Below are positions 36,538-48,271 of a stretch of DNA of 64,000 bases, one piece after another (position 1 is the stretch's first letter; each line of letters opens with the position of its first letter). The position numbers and the translations under genes were made by a program. The stretch spans positions 22,506,001 through 22,570,000 of the forward strand of contig OZ210885.1 of assembly GCA_964658305.1 (NCBI GenBank), written 5' to 3'. Origin of the DNA: Leptogorgia sarmentosa. Its lineage: Eukaryota. Under the pieces are notes generated by a model. That model was not told the origin of the DNA and did not search any database. It saw only the letters and a list, made by a program, of their open reading frames with translations.

Positions 36538-39500
36538 TGACCGTCTTTGTCGTGTCAGGTTCTTCACCCTTGCAGTAGAGGAGCTATGCTCAGGAACACG
36601 GACCTGTAAGTCTGCACGCAAGGTTTACAACTAGCTGCAGTTCTTTTTGCAGAATCGCCTTCTTCTTTGTTCTGTCTTCCCGCTGTTTGGCCGGCCTACT
36701 TGGATAGGTGTCAAGGTAGCAGTTTGTCCATTCTTTTTCTTATGAACTGCTTTTCTTGTTCTTCAGAACTCGATTGGTAGTCTTTCCTGCTGTTTGTTGC
36801 GCGGTTAGCACGCGACACAGTATAGGGCCGCCCATTACAGTGTTTTTATTGTTTTTATTAGGTAGTGGGTACTAGCTCTTCTTGTGTGTGACCTGTCGAG
36901 GAGTCTGTTTGGGGACAACTCAAAGGTTGGTGGTCTTTTAGGTTCTTTTTTGCTTTCGGTGTTGCGGATTGAGGTCGGTGGGCCAACATATCCGTTCCCT
37001 GGCTCTTGTTCTTTCAAGGACCTTTCTTTCCACTTAGTTTTTGATCCTTAGTGTGTGTGGGTCTTAATTGGTAGTACTTTTTAAGGCCCAATTTTTTGTC
37101 ACTCGGGTTTTACCTGTTTTGGCAGTGTGTTAGGATCAATTTGGTTTAGTTAACACTTAAATAGTAATTTATAATAGTATGTCTGCCCCAGCTGTATTTA
37201 GTCAGGAGGACTTTGCGAAGTGGAACCAGACCACGTCTGTGTTTCTCTTGCCAAAGTAACTAGTTGGCAAATCCAAAGTCCCTCAGCTGCAGGGAAGAAT
37301 TAGTTAAGGCCATTGGGGAGAAGCGTGTGTCTTGTGTTCAGGCCTTGCCTGGCATGAAATTTCGTGTTTGTTTTTCTTCTCCCTCCATTCGAAGTCAGTT
37401 TGACATCAACGGCCTTAACTTTCGGGTCCTTACCATCATGCCCTTCCCAGCCTATGAGGAGGTCAAATCTGAGTTTGTCGATCGTGCGCCCCCTCAGATG
37501 CCGGATCCATATATTTACGACGCCTTGGCACCATATGGTCGTGTTATCTCGGTGAAGCACTTAACCATCAAGGGCTTCCCGTCTGTTAAATCTGGCACGC
37601 GTATGGTGCAAATAGTAATTTCGAAGGTCATCCGTCATCGGTCATCGTTTTGTTACCGCAGGCAGCCTCCAACTTGCTTTGCGTGCCAGGAGGTGGGGCA
37701 CACTGCAAAGGACTGCTCAAAGTCTTCAAAACGACGTAACCCGGCCAAAAAATAAAAATAATGCTGGTAAACCTAAGCCTACAGCGGCTGAGGCAAAGGA
37801 ATGCAATAACCAGCAGGCTTCGTCCGGTAAAACTGCATCGTCCTCTTCTTCTCACACTGGAGATCTACGTGAGAAGTTAGCTAAGAAGGCTACTACACCA
37901 GCAGTGCCGTCTGTTCAGGCTGTAGAGGGTAAAACCAGTAAATCTAAGCCTTCAGCGGCTTCGGCCAAGAATGGCAATAACCAGCAAGCTTCCTCTTCTC
38001 GCAAGGGAGACCTTGAGAATAATAAAGAAAGCTAGAAGGACAGCTGTGCCGTCTGGTCAGGCTGGCAAGACTAATTCTACTGCATCTAAGGCTAAGGTGG
38101 TAAAGGATCTCTTAGTTTTGGCTGAGGAGAGCACCTACCTGCCAGGGATGTTCCTTTTTCCTCCTCCTCCTCGAGTAGTGAGGATGAGGAGGTTATAGTG
38201 TGCAAGAGGGTATGCCAGTCCGCTCCTGCTCCTCCGAGCGAGTCCAATGTTAGCGTGTGGCCGGAGTTCCCGAGGCCTTCTCAAACTGCCACTCCTGAGG
38301 GGATGGAGGCAGAGGCTGACGTTGACAAGTGTTTGAGTGGTGATACGGTAGTTGATCCTATCGTCGCTCATGAATCTGCGCCTGCTCTTGCCTCTACTGA
38401 GCTAGTCGGATCACCAGAGCGTATGGATGATGCTCCCGTGCATCCTCAGGCTGCTGTGGACAATGATAATGCTGCTTCGCAGGACCCTCAGTCTGAGTCA
38501 TCCCTTGATCTTTTCGAGGCACTGGCATCGATCCATGAAGCCTCACTGTCTGGTCTCAGCGATGATGTCAGTGAGGTTGGTGCATCTTCGACATGCACGA
38601 CGTGCATCTCATCAGCTTCATGCTGATCAACTCGAGGCGCTCCTTCTTGGTGAGCTGCCCACATCTGGGACATCAGATTCCGATGGCGAGTCTGTTGTCC
38701 ATTAACATCAGTGGTCCTAACGACCGTATTAAACGAACCGCCCTGGTGGATTGGTTAAAGTGTATGAAGGTGGATGTAGCATGTTTGCAAGAAACGCATG
38801 CTCCGCATGAATCCATTAGGAAGTGGTTCGCTAATTCTGGCTTTCGAGTTGTCTCGTCGTCAGTTTCAAATAAGCGTTGTGGTACGGCTATTCTTATTAA
38901 AGATTGTCACAAGGTTAAACATGTGATTTTAGACGATGATGGGCGGTTTGTCCAAGTCTTGGTTGATTTTGGGGAAGATCAGCTAAGTTTCGTCTCACTA
39001 TATGCCCCAAATAAGAATCTGTTGCCGTATCTGCCTCTCCACTTCCTGTGGATAACACATCTAGTAAAAATGTATACCAACTTAGTCAAACCAATTTAAA
39101 TAGTCAGCCACATTGTATTGCCAAATTCACACCTCAGTATGGACCTCTACACTGGCCCCAAACTTGGAGTCAGCTCCATCTCTGTCCATTTGACCGGCCT
39201 GTGATCGACCTGAACTGGCAAATAGCGCACGACATTCTCTACACGGGCTCCCGCTTGGGAACCTGCTTTAACACGCCCAACATGTGCAAGTGCATAACTC
39301 CCGAATGTGAGCTGGCCCGCCTTTTGGTGCCATGGGTACATTAAAATTTATGGCAGATATGTCCTACTGCCGCACCATTTACCGTCACGGAACTCTTGTT
39401 CGGCTTCTCGTCCGAAAGGCGCCGCATCATGATTCCCATCATCGTGTGGATGCTCCACATGATGAAACATACCATCTGGGTGGCTCGCTGTGATTTCTGT

Positions 39501-39630
39501 TTCCATGGTAAGCTGCCAGTCACCTCCAATTGCTAGGCGAAAGCCATCGTGAAAATCAAGTTTGTCCTTCGCCTCTTTGGTCGTCGGTGCAAGCCTCCTG
39601 CTCAAGTGCGATCTTTTGAGAGGGATTGGC
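36538..39630 (+). mobile_element. Tx1-clade LINE (family A) with 5' UTR, ORF1 and an internally deleted ORF2
   Basis: ORF1 from ATG 37179 (ALAPYGRV, KSGTRMV, CFACQEVGHTAKDC); ORF2 at 38683 (CLQETH, SLYAPN) jumps near 39020 to zf-RVT (HWPQTW, IDLNWQIAH) and the C-terminus (ELLFGF, IWVARC, FERDWL). Confidence 0.85.
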
Positions 39631-42246
39631 TCGGTTTGACTGTGCAGGGCCTCCCTGTCGAATTCCGGCCGGTATCCAAATACACCTGGATCAATGTTAC
39701 CCGCTTGTCTTACGGAGTCCCGGATGAAGAAATCTCCAAGGTTCTAAGTGGCTTTGGCGAGATTCGCAAGATCTCATCCGAGGTGTATTCGCGCATCTAC
39801 ACTGGGGTCAGGCATGTGTTGATGGAAATTAAACAACCCATTCCTTGCCGCATGCAGATTGCTGGTCACTGGTGCTTTGTGCATCATTAGGGCCAGAAAC
39901 GTCTTTGTTTCGGGTGTGGGCGGGAAGGCCATAATCTTGCCCAGCTCTATCTCGGCCTGTTGTTGAGGGGTCAATGCAGGCTAGCTGTGAGACACCTAAT
40001 AGTGCGGTACAGCCCATTGTGGGCCAAGAGATCGAGCAGGTACGGGAGACCATGGCCATTTTGTTGGACACGGTGCTCTCCAAGCCTGGCGAGAACCCTG
40101 CAAGTTTGGGCAAGTTTTTTTGCCCTTTCTTCGGCTTTGCCTCTTGTTCCGTCAGGGGCTACCGAGACCCAAACATCAGGGGCAAGTGGTTCCCTGCCCC
40201 AAGAACTCTGCCTATTCCACCGCCTCATCGTAAGCGTCGTCCGGCATCTAAGTCAGCGGAAAAGGACCGTTCGCGTTCTCCCCTCCGCAAATACTCTCAT
40301 CTCTTCGCGTGAAGAGCCCTATTATACCGTGCAATCAGAGGTTGAGCATTCCAACCCGAATATCAAGCTCCCATCTGAAGAGAGACTATTGCCAGAGAAT
40401 GTCCCCCTGCCGGAAGATGAGGGACCAAGTATCCCTTCTCTAATGGTTGGCATTCCTTCTATTGAGGGAATGTTAGATATCGATTTAAATGTTGATGGCT
40501 CACTTTCAGACATGGCTAATGAATTATCAGACTCCCTCTTAACTTCATTCGCCCGGGATGGTGCTAGCTCTTCTGCTGCAGCTAGCCCCTCGAATATTTT
40601 TAGACCAAAAGCAACTCAGGCTTCTGAAGAAAACCTTGCTCTCCGTCGCTTTTTTGCAAATGATGGTGTCACTTCTGACGATGGGTCGGAAGGTAGCTTT
40701 TGAGTCTCCCTTGTTTATATAGTTAATAATAATAATAATAATAGTAATATGATTTATATAGTAGATCTTTCACATACTCATTATGGCTAAACAAGAAGTA
40801 ACCATAATAACCTTAAATGTTCAAGGGTTATGCAACGCACGTAATCGCAAAACTCTTTTTTCCTGGCTGAATTGTGCCAAGCCTGATAATGTTGCCATGC
40901 AAGAGACGCATTGTCGCTCTAAAGAGGAGTTTCACTCTTGGCTACAAACAGAGACCCGAGAGCAAAATAACTTACAACGGTATCTTGTAGAATCTTCCCC
41001 GGGTACTACTTGTAGTGCTGGGGTTGCCATATTATATAAGCCTTGTTATAAAGTGGAAAGCATTGCCAGTGACACAAGTGGCCGGGTCATTGTTATCTGC
41101 TTTAAACATGAATCTGTCATTCACATTGTCAACATTTATGGACCGAACCGGAAACAACAGGGTGAGGAATTTTTCGGGTCCCTTCATCAGCACATAGATC
41201 CTTCATTTTCCACCATCTTGTGTGGTGACTTTAATGTTGTAGCTGATTCCCAAGTGGATAGATTCGGATGTAATGCCGATTCTCCCTGGGCGTATAACTG
41301 GCCTAGTTCTCTGTCTTCACTAACCCATTCGTAGATAGTTGGTGTTTAATGCACCCAGATCAGCGGGGTTGTATGTGGCGTCGTAACAATGACTCCCAGG
41401 TGTCCAGGCTCGATATGTTTTGGGTTTCTTCCTCGTTGCAGGAACATGTATCCGAAGTGTCGATTCTTCCATTTTTTCGATCGAGTCATTCCTACGTTTT
41501 CTTGCGTGTGGCCCTTCCCGCTTTACCACAACGTGGTCCCGGGGTGTGGAAACTGAATGCCTCCTTGTTACAAGACGAGACCCTATGTGCAGAGGTTCGT
41601 TTTGGGCTTTGTGGCAGTTGGAGAAATCCACTTTTCCCTCCTTAGCAGTATGGTGGGATGTGGGCAAGGCCCGGCTAAAACAGCTAATGCGGAAGTTTTC
41701 TCGGGGTACGGCCCGGAGTAGGCGTTCACGGGTTCATGATCTAGAAGCTCATTTAGCACAACTGTACCATCGTGAAGTGCTGGGTGACGACGTAACTCAT
41801 CTTATCAGAGAGGCAAAAGAAAAGTTAGACCTGGATCGTTATTATATTGCAGAAGGTGCACATATACGGGGTAGGGAACAGTGGGCTGAGGAGGGTGAAA
41901 CCTCCTCTGCCTTTTTCTTTCGACAGGAGAAAGTGAGGGCATGTAAGTGTTTGTTTACTGGCATCTGTCATATGTAGGGCACCATTGTCCGATCTATTTC
42001 CGCCATTTTGCGAGTATGGTGTATGTTTTACGTCCAACTTTTTACAGCTTCTATTGTTTCACCATCAGATCAGTCCTTTTTTGTTAACAGTCTAGATCAG
42101 ATCAGACTGTAAGTGAATGTCAGCTTGCCCTGAACTCTTTCAAGAACAATAAATCGCCCAGTTTGGACAACCCGTCTCGGGTTGCCTTATGAGTTTTACC
42201 AGTCCTTTTGGCCACCTATAACAACTGAATGACACGGGGTGCTCTT
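39631..42246 (+). mobile_element. Tx1 LINE family B, copy 2 (ORF1 plus 5' half of ORF2)
   Basis: ORF1 LSGFGEI, YTGVRHV, CFGCGREGH, MANELSDSLL; ORF2 at 40783 is homologous to ORF2 at 4019. Confidence 0.88.
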
Positions 42247-43825
42247 GAATCAAACGTTGACAGATCGCTCTCAGACATGGCAAATGAATTATCGGATTCC
42301 CTACTGACTTCTTTCGCCCCAGATGGTGATAGCTATTCTGCAGTAGCTAGCTCCTTGTATAACCGACCAGAGGCAACTCAAGCCTCTGAAGAAACTCTTG
42401 TTGCCCGCTGCTTTTTTGAGGAAGGTGGCCCCTTTTCTGATGATGGGTCAGAGGGTTGCTTTTGAGCCTCCTTTTTCTCAATCTAGTAAATGAAAGTAAT
42501 AATAATAGTAGTAATATAATTTATAATAATAATAATAGTAGTAAATAATTTATATAGTATATTTTTCACACATCCATTATGGCTAAACAAGAACTAACCA
42601 TAATAACCTTAAATGTTCAAGGGTTCCATAACCCTCGTAATTGCAAAACTTTTTTTTCTTGGCTGAACTGTGCCAAGCCCGACATAATCGCTGCTCCACA
42701 GAGGAATTTTCTTCCTGGGTGGTGTCTGAAACTCGAGACAATAACAACTTGCAGCAGTATCTTGTGGATTCTTCTCCGGGCACTATACGAAGTGCTGGGG
42801 TAGCATTACTATACAAACCCTGCTTTAGGATGGAGCATGTTCACAGAGACGCAGACAGTCGCGCTCTCATAGCACAATTGAAGCATATTGACCTTGAGTC
42901 TCTTATTCAGGTTGTTAACATATATGGTCCAAATAAGAAGCTGGTGAAGATTTTTTCCCTCCCTTCATCCAAAAATTGATCTTTCTCTTCCCACTATCCT
43001 GTGTGGCAATTTTAACGTAGCAGTGGACCCCCATGGTGACCAACTGGGTTGTAATCCTGACTCTCCTTGGGACTACAATTGGCCTGCTTCTCTATCTTCT
43101 CTTACCGATCGGTGCGATCTGGTCAATACGTGGCGATTAACTCATCCCGATAAGCGAAGTTATACGTGGCAACGGGCCAATGGCTCCCAGGCATCCCGAC
43201 TAGACATGTTTTGGATTTCGTCTTCATTACACAAACATGTCTCTGAGGTATCCATTCTCCCCTTTTTTCCCTCGGACCATTCTTATGTATTCCTCCGTGT
43301 GGCCTTTCCAACATACCCGGAACGAGGTCCTGCAGTATGGAAACTCAACACATCCCTGCTGCGCGATGAGACACTGTGCATGGAGGTCCGTAACTTCTGG
43401 GTCTCGTGGCAGTCCGAGAAAGATACTTTTTGGGACGCGGGCAAGGCTCGATCAAGGCGGTCGAACATGCACGATTTGGAATCCACCCTCAAACATCTTC
43501 ATCAATGGGTTGCTAATGGGGATGATATGGCTCATCTAATAAAAGAACAAGAGATAAATTGGAGGTTGAGCACCACTACGCAGCAGAAGGTGCACGCATT
43601 CGGGGCAGGGAACAGTGGGCTGAGGAAGGTGAAACTTCCTCTGATCTTTTTCTTTCGGCAAGAGAAGGTGCAAGCATCGCAGCGTTTGTTCACGGGTATC
43701 CGAAATGCAAAGGGAACCATAGTGAGATCTATCTCCGCAATTCTGCAGGTTTTATTGCATTTTGTATGTGCAACTTTTTACTGCCTCCATTTTATCATCC
43801 TCGGATCAGTCGTTTTTTGTCAAAG
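42247..43825 (+). mobile_element. Tx1 LINE family B, copy 3 (ORF1 tail plus APE region)
   Basis: MANELSDSLL tail; ORF2 at 42579 begins MAKQELTIITLNVQG and contains SRLD, SDH and EQWAEEGE. Confidence 0.88.
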
Positions 43826-44167
43826 TTGAAAGTCGTTTTTTCCATTTTTCTGACATTTTGCCAGAATGTCACATTCACGTTGAGGCTCTAGCTGCCATTC
43901 ATGCTGCAAAATCTGCTGAAAACCCTCCTCCAATATTTTTTTGATATATCAAAAAGTTGTTGATTTTTAAAAACAACAGTCTGCTGCCACGTTAGATAAA
44001 AAATTTCTGTTTACAATTAAAATTTTATCTAACATGGCAAATACCTCTTTGTTCTATTACTTTCATGAGGATCATTGTAAGCCACCTAGGTATATACAAC
44101 ATTCATACTGACTTTCTGACAAATTGGAAATATCATCTTCATATACATCACTATCAGCCACAACATG

Positions 44168-44310
44168 CAGGGGCGGATCCAGCCTAGAATCTGACCGTTT
44201 TAATAATATCGAGCAGCTACGCCGCGAGCCTTCTAGGGGGGTCCGGGGGGAAAACTAGAGTCCCGCAAATGCCATTTCCTGTGATTTGGCACGTCAATTT
44301 TAAACAAAAA
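44168..44310. mobile_element. hAT-type MITE left end
   Basis: CAGGGGCGGATCCAG followed by ctagggggtccggggg. Confidence 0.5.
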
Positions 44311-44311
44311 T

Positions 44312-44681
44312 TGGAGAAAATGTTCGTCGTTAATAATCTTTCTCTTTATCTTCATACAACAACTTGGAGGAAAAGGAGAAAATGTTCGTCGTTAATAATC
44401 TTTATCTTCATACAACAACGTGGAGGAAAAGGAGGAAATGTTCGTCGTTAATAATCTTTATCTTTATACAACAACTTGGAGGAAAGGGAGAAAATGTTCG
44501 TTGTTAATAATCTTTATCTTCATACAACAACTTGGGGGAAAAGGAGAAAATGTTCGTTGTTAATAATCTATATCTTTATCTTCATACAACAACTTGGAGG
44601 AAAAGGAGAAAATGTTCGTCGTTAATAATCTTTATCTTTATCTTTATACAACAACTTGGAGGAAAAGGAGAAAATGTTCGT
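44312..44681. repeat. Minisatellite, unit of about 52-61 bp, about 6.5 copies
   Basis: ggaggaaaaggagaaaatgttcgtcgttaataa(tcttta)n tcttcatacaacaactt. Confidence 0.92.
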
Positions 44682-47600
44682 AGTTATTTATCGAGGCTAT
44701 GTAAGCTTAAAATTTCTGGCTGGCTGTGTTTCAACGACGAATATGACGTATTTTGACGTCACGAGCTCTCAAGGTAAACACTAACACTCAAACGTTGTTT
44801 TTACTACCGATGATGTATCGAACTGTCAACTAAATAAGTGGTGAAGTATGTGATTTACTGTTCAAACGTTCATTCGAAGGACTAATTTCAAAGCTTCGGT
44901 ATAAAGCGATTTCTAAAGCATTTTCACTCACATGTTTATTACACAGAATATGAAATCCGAAAGACTAAAAAAAAATCAAGTTCAGACCATTCTTAATAAT
45001 AATTATTTTAATGCGAATATTCAGCCAATACATATTATTAAACTAATTTATGCCTGTTCCGTTTTATTTGAGACACCCTGTCTATGTATATCATCAATTC
45101 ATTCAATTGCAAACTTCAAGACTCGAAAGTCGAAACCTACTCCAGCCTGGATGGGGGGATTTAGAATAACAGTTGGAACTTTGTTGCATCACATTCCCTA
45201 TATTTTCGGATTGTAATATTAGTGATCGTACAGTGAGTTTCAAAATGTGTAGCATCAACCTAGACGCATGCACAGATAGTGCATGCCTATTTTTTTTAGT
45301 GGCACAAACATGACAGACATACTTCACAATGCAGAACACAACTATGTCCAAAACTTGAATATGACTAGCACCATCAACAATACAGACCAACACAACATGG
45401 AAGACGATGACAACCCCCCCCACACCACTTTAGAAAACAATAACAATACACCCAACAAACCACTAAACCGATCACAGGGCGAAACCACTAAACCGATCAC
45501 AGGGCGAAACCACCTTTATAGACGTACCACCAAAGCTACTAACATCCTTTGGGATTATATACACACTCAAACTGAAACTTAACGAACTTGAAACTAAACC
45601 GGACCAACTGATAGAGCACAAAAGTACAAGTACACTACCACCTGGACTGAAAATCAACCACAAATGCACTTTTGAATTACATAAGCAATTTGGAGAGTGC
45701 TGGGAGAGCACTCTAACAGATGACCCCCACGCTCTACTAGATACAGTGCTGTAAGTAACTTCGTTTAAAGGAAATAATTACAAGTAATCGTTACATTTTT
45801 CAGTAACTGTAACGGTAACTCGATACATTTTGGGAACATGTAACTGTAACAGTAACTCGTTACAAAACAGATTAAAATTGAAACGATTACAAATGCGAAC
45901 CTATGTTCGTTACAACTACAAGTTACTTTTTTGGCTTGAATCCTCGACCCGATCATCCACATAGTTCAAATGATGTAGTCTATGGATAGTGCTTGACGCG
46001 TTTACTTATTTCGTGTTTCACATCGGAACTAATAGGAATGCCTCGTTTACTCCCGGCCGCGCGTTTATCGTCACATGATTAGTCACGTTGCGCGCATTTC
46101 ACAAATATGTGGGACAAAAATTCTAATGCAGAGGATATTATGGTAGTCCAAGCTGTTGAACAGTGAGAAGACCAAGAGCCCAGCCCTAAACCAACAAATG
46201 AGAACGTCAATGTGACCCATCCGTGGCCTTATCTTTCCGACATGTTTGCTATAAAGTGAATAAGCAAAACGAATGCGAAGGTAACCTGTTTACTCTGTGC
46301 TCCCAAGTACAAGGAATGCAGTTCAAGTTTGTCTTCTTTGTCGAATTTGCGGACACACATCAAGGTAGGAATTTTCAGAATTTAACAAACAAAAATTCAT
46401 AGTTAACTATGAATAGTTTTATTAGTTTTATTTTATTTAAATATTTATAACAGTATAACAATGACACAATGTTGTATTTCCGATTACTATTACATTTACT
46501 GAGCTAGTAGTATGACTAGTATCTATAGAAGCTAGAACCCGGGTACAGGGAATATTATATCACTCCCATCAGTCATATAAAAATCACATAAAAGTCGCAT
46601 CGGAATGAATAATGAGTAATATTGTGAACAGGACATCAGTTACGACCTTACTGACACATAGGCCCTGTGTCTTCCCTACATATATCTGACCCCTTGATTA
46701 AATGAAAGAATGATAGATGTACATATTCCATTCTGCAGTTTAATATTATTGCATAATTTAATACTTTAGAGAGTTCATCAACATAAATTACCTGCCTTCA
46801 AGAGGCTATGTGATGAGGCTAAAAGAAAAATGCATTCAATGACAAGGAGACGGAGTGATAGTGATTCCGGAGACAGTGGAGCACCATCTGCTCCTAAACA
46901 ACAAAAGTTGGATACCATGCTTTCCTCTAAAGTCAAGTACAATGCCAATATGGTTACCCAAGCCCAAGTGGATAATTTGCTGATTAAGTTCATGACAGAA
47001 GCTGTTATGCCGTTTTCATTGGTTGAACAGCCTGCATTTAAAGAATTTGTCTTAAGACTTCAGCCAAATCGATCAGTTATGAGCAGAGCTACAGTGGTAC
47101 GGCAAATCAATGACAAAGCCAGTCTAGTGAAGAAAAATTTGAAAGAAACCATGGATAAAGTGGAATATGTTGCAACAACTACGGATTGTTGGAGTGCTCA
47201 TGGTCGTTCATTCATTGGTGTAACTGGACATTGGATTGATCCTGAGACTTTGGAGAAAAAAAGTTGTGTTCTTGCTTGTCGGCGTCTCAAAGGTAGACAC
47301 ACATATGATGTACTTGCTAGCCAGTTGGAAGACATTCATACAGAATTTGAAATAAGATCCAAAGTTTCTAAAACCACTACAGACAATGGGTCAAACTTTG
47401 TAAAAGCCTTCTCTGTTTTGCTGACAAAGACCAAGAAAATCGTGATGATCCAGATAGCGATGAAGAGTGTCAATTTGAAGATGTCTTTGATGACTTAACG
47501 CAGGCAAGCGCATGTCTGGAGTATCAGCTTCCACTGCATCAACGTTGTGCAGCACATTCTCTTAATCTTATTTCAACAACTGATGCAGAGAAAGCTGAGG

Positions 47601-48271
47601 CTGATGGAAACTACAAACGACTTAGCAGGAGTACCTTTGCAAAGTGTTCCAGCCTCTGGAATAAGAGCTCCCCCGCTCTGTTCAAGTTGCAGAAATGGTT
47701 AAAGAGAAGTGTGGCTTAAGTCTGATCAAACCAAATGCAACTCGATGGAATTCCATTTTCATGGCTGTCCAGCGCATCAATCGAATCATCAAGGAAAAAG
47801 GAGAAAATGTCATTCACAGTGTCTGCTCCCTAGCAGAAGTTCCTAAGTACAGTATTTATAATTGTAACTAAACACTCAGCATATTACATAGATTAGTTGA
47901 ATTTAATGAGCTAAGTGTATTTGTTTCAAACCTTTCTGTTTAGATTTAAACCTGCAGAAATTGCATTCCTTAGGCCAGTTTTAGACAGCGTGCTTCACAT
48001 GTGCCGAACTAAATGAAAACATTTGGCACATGAAAAGTTCGCCGTTTAAAACCAATTCGCACAGCAAATTTTATTTGGGTCGACCTTCGAATTAAATTTG
48101 ACTGATTGCCTCGTGCGTATTGAATTTAGCACAACATGGATTCAGACGGCGAACTTCACATGTGCCGAATAGAATGCATAAATTATTATAATGTATTTTT
48201 CTACCCAAAATGCATCTTTAGAATTTTTTCGCGGAAAAAACGTGCTTACGTCAGCGCATTTGCGGTTCAAA

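Noticed and set aside
36524..36690. Complete U1 snRNA gene
   Set aside because: Only the first 11 or so nt match; the SL1 GATCA loop, the AUUGCAC SL2 loop, a canonical Sm site and SL4 are not convincingly present.
36538..36700. HDV-like or twister ribozyme at the Tx1 5' end
   Set aside because: I could not fit the P1/P1.1/P2/P3 pseudoknot or the twister core by eye; a covariance search is needed.
44312..44681. Regular repeat array resembling CRISPR (also 9682-9825 and 54820-54960)
   Set aside because: Units are contiguous with no unique spacers and there are no cas genes; these are minisatellites or transposon subterminal repeats in eukaryotic DNA.
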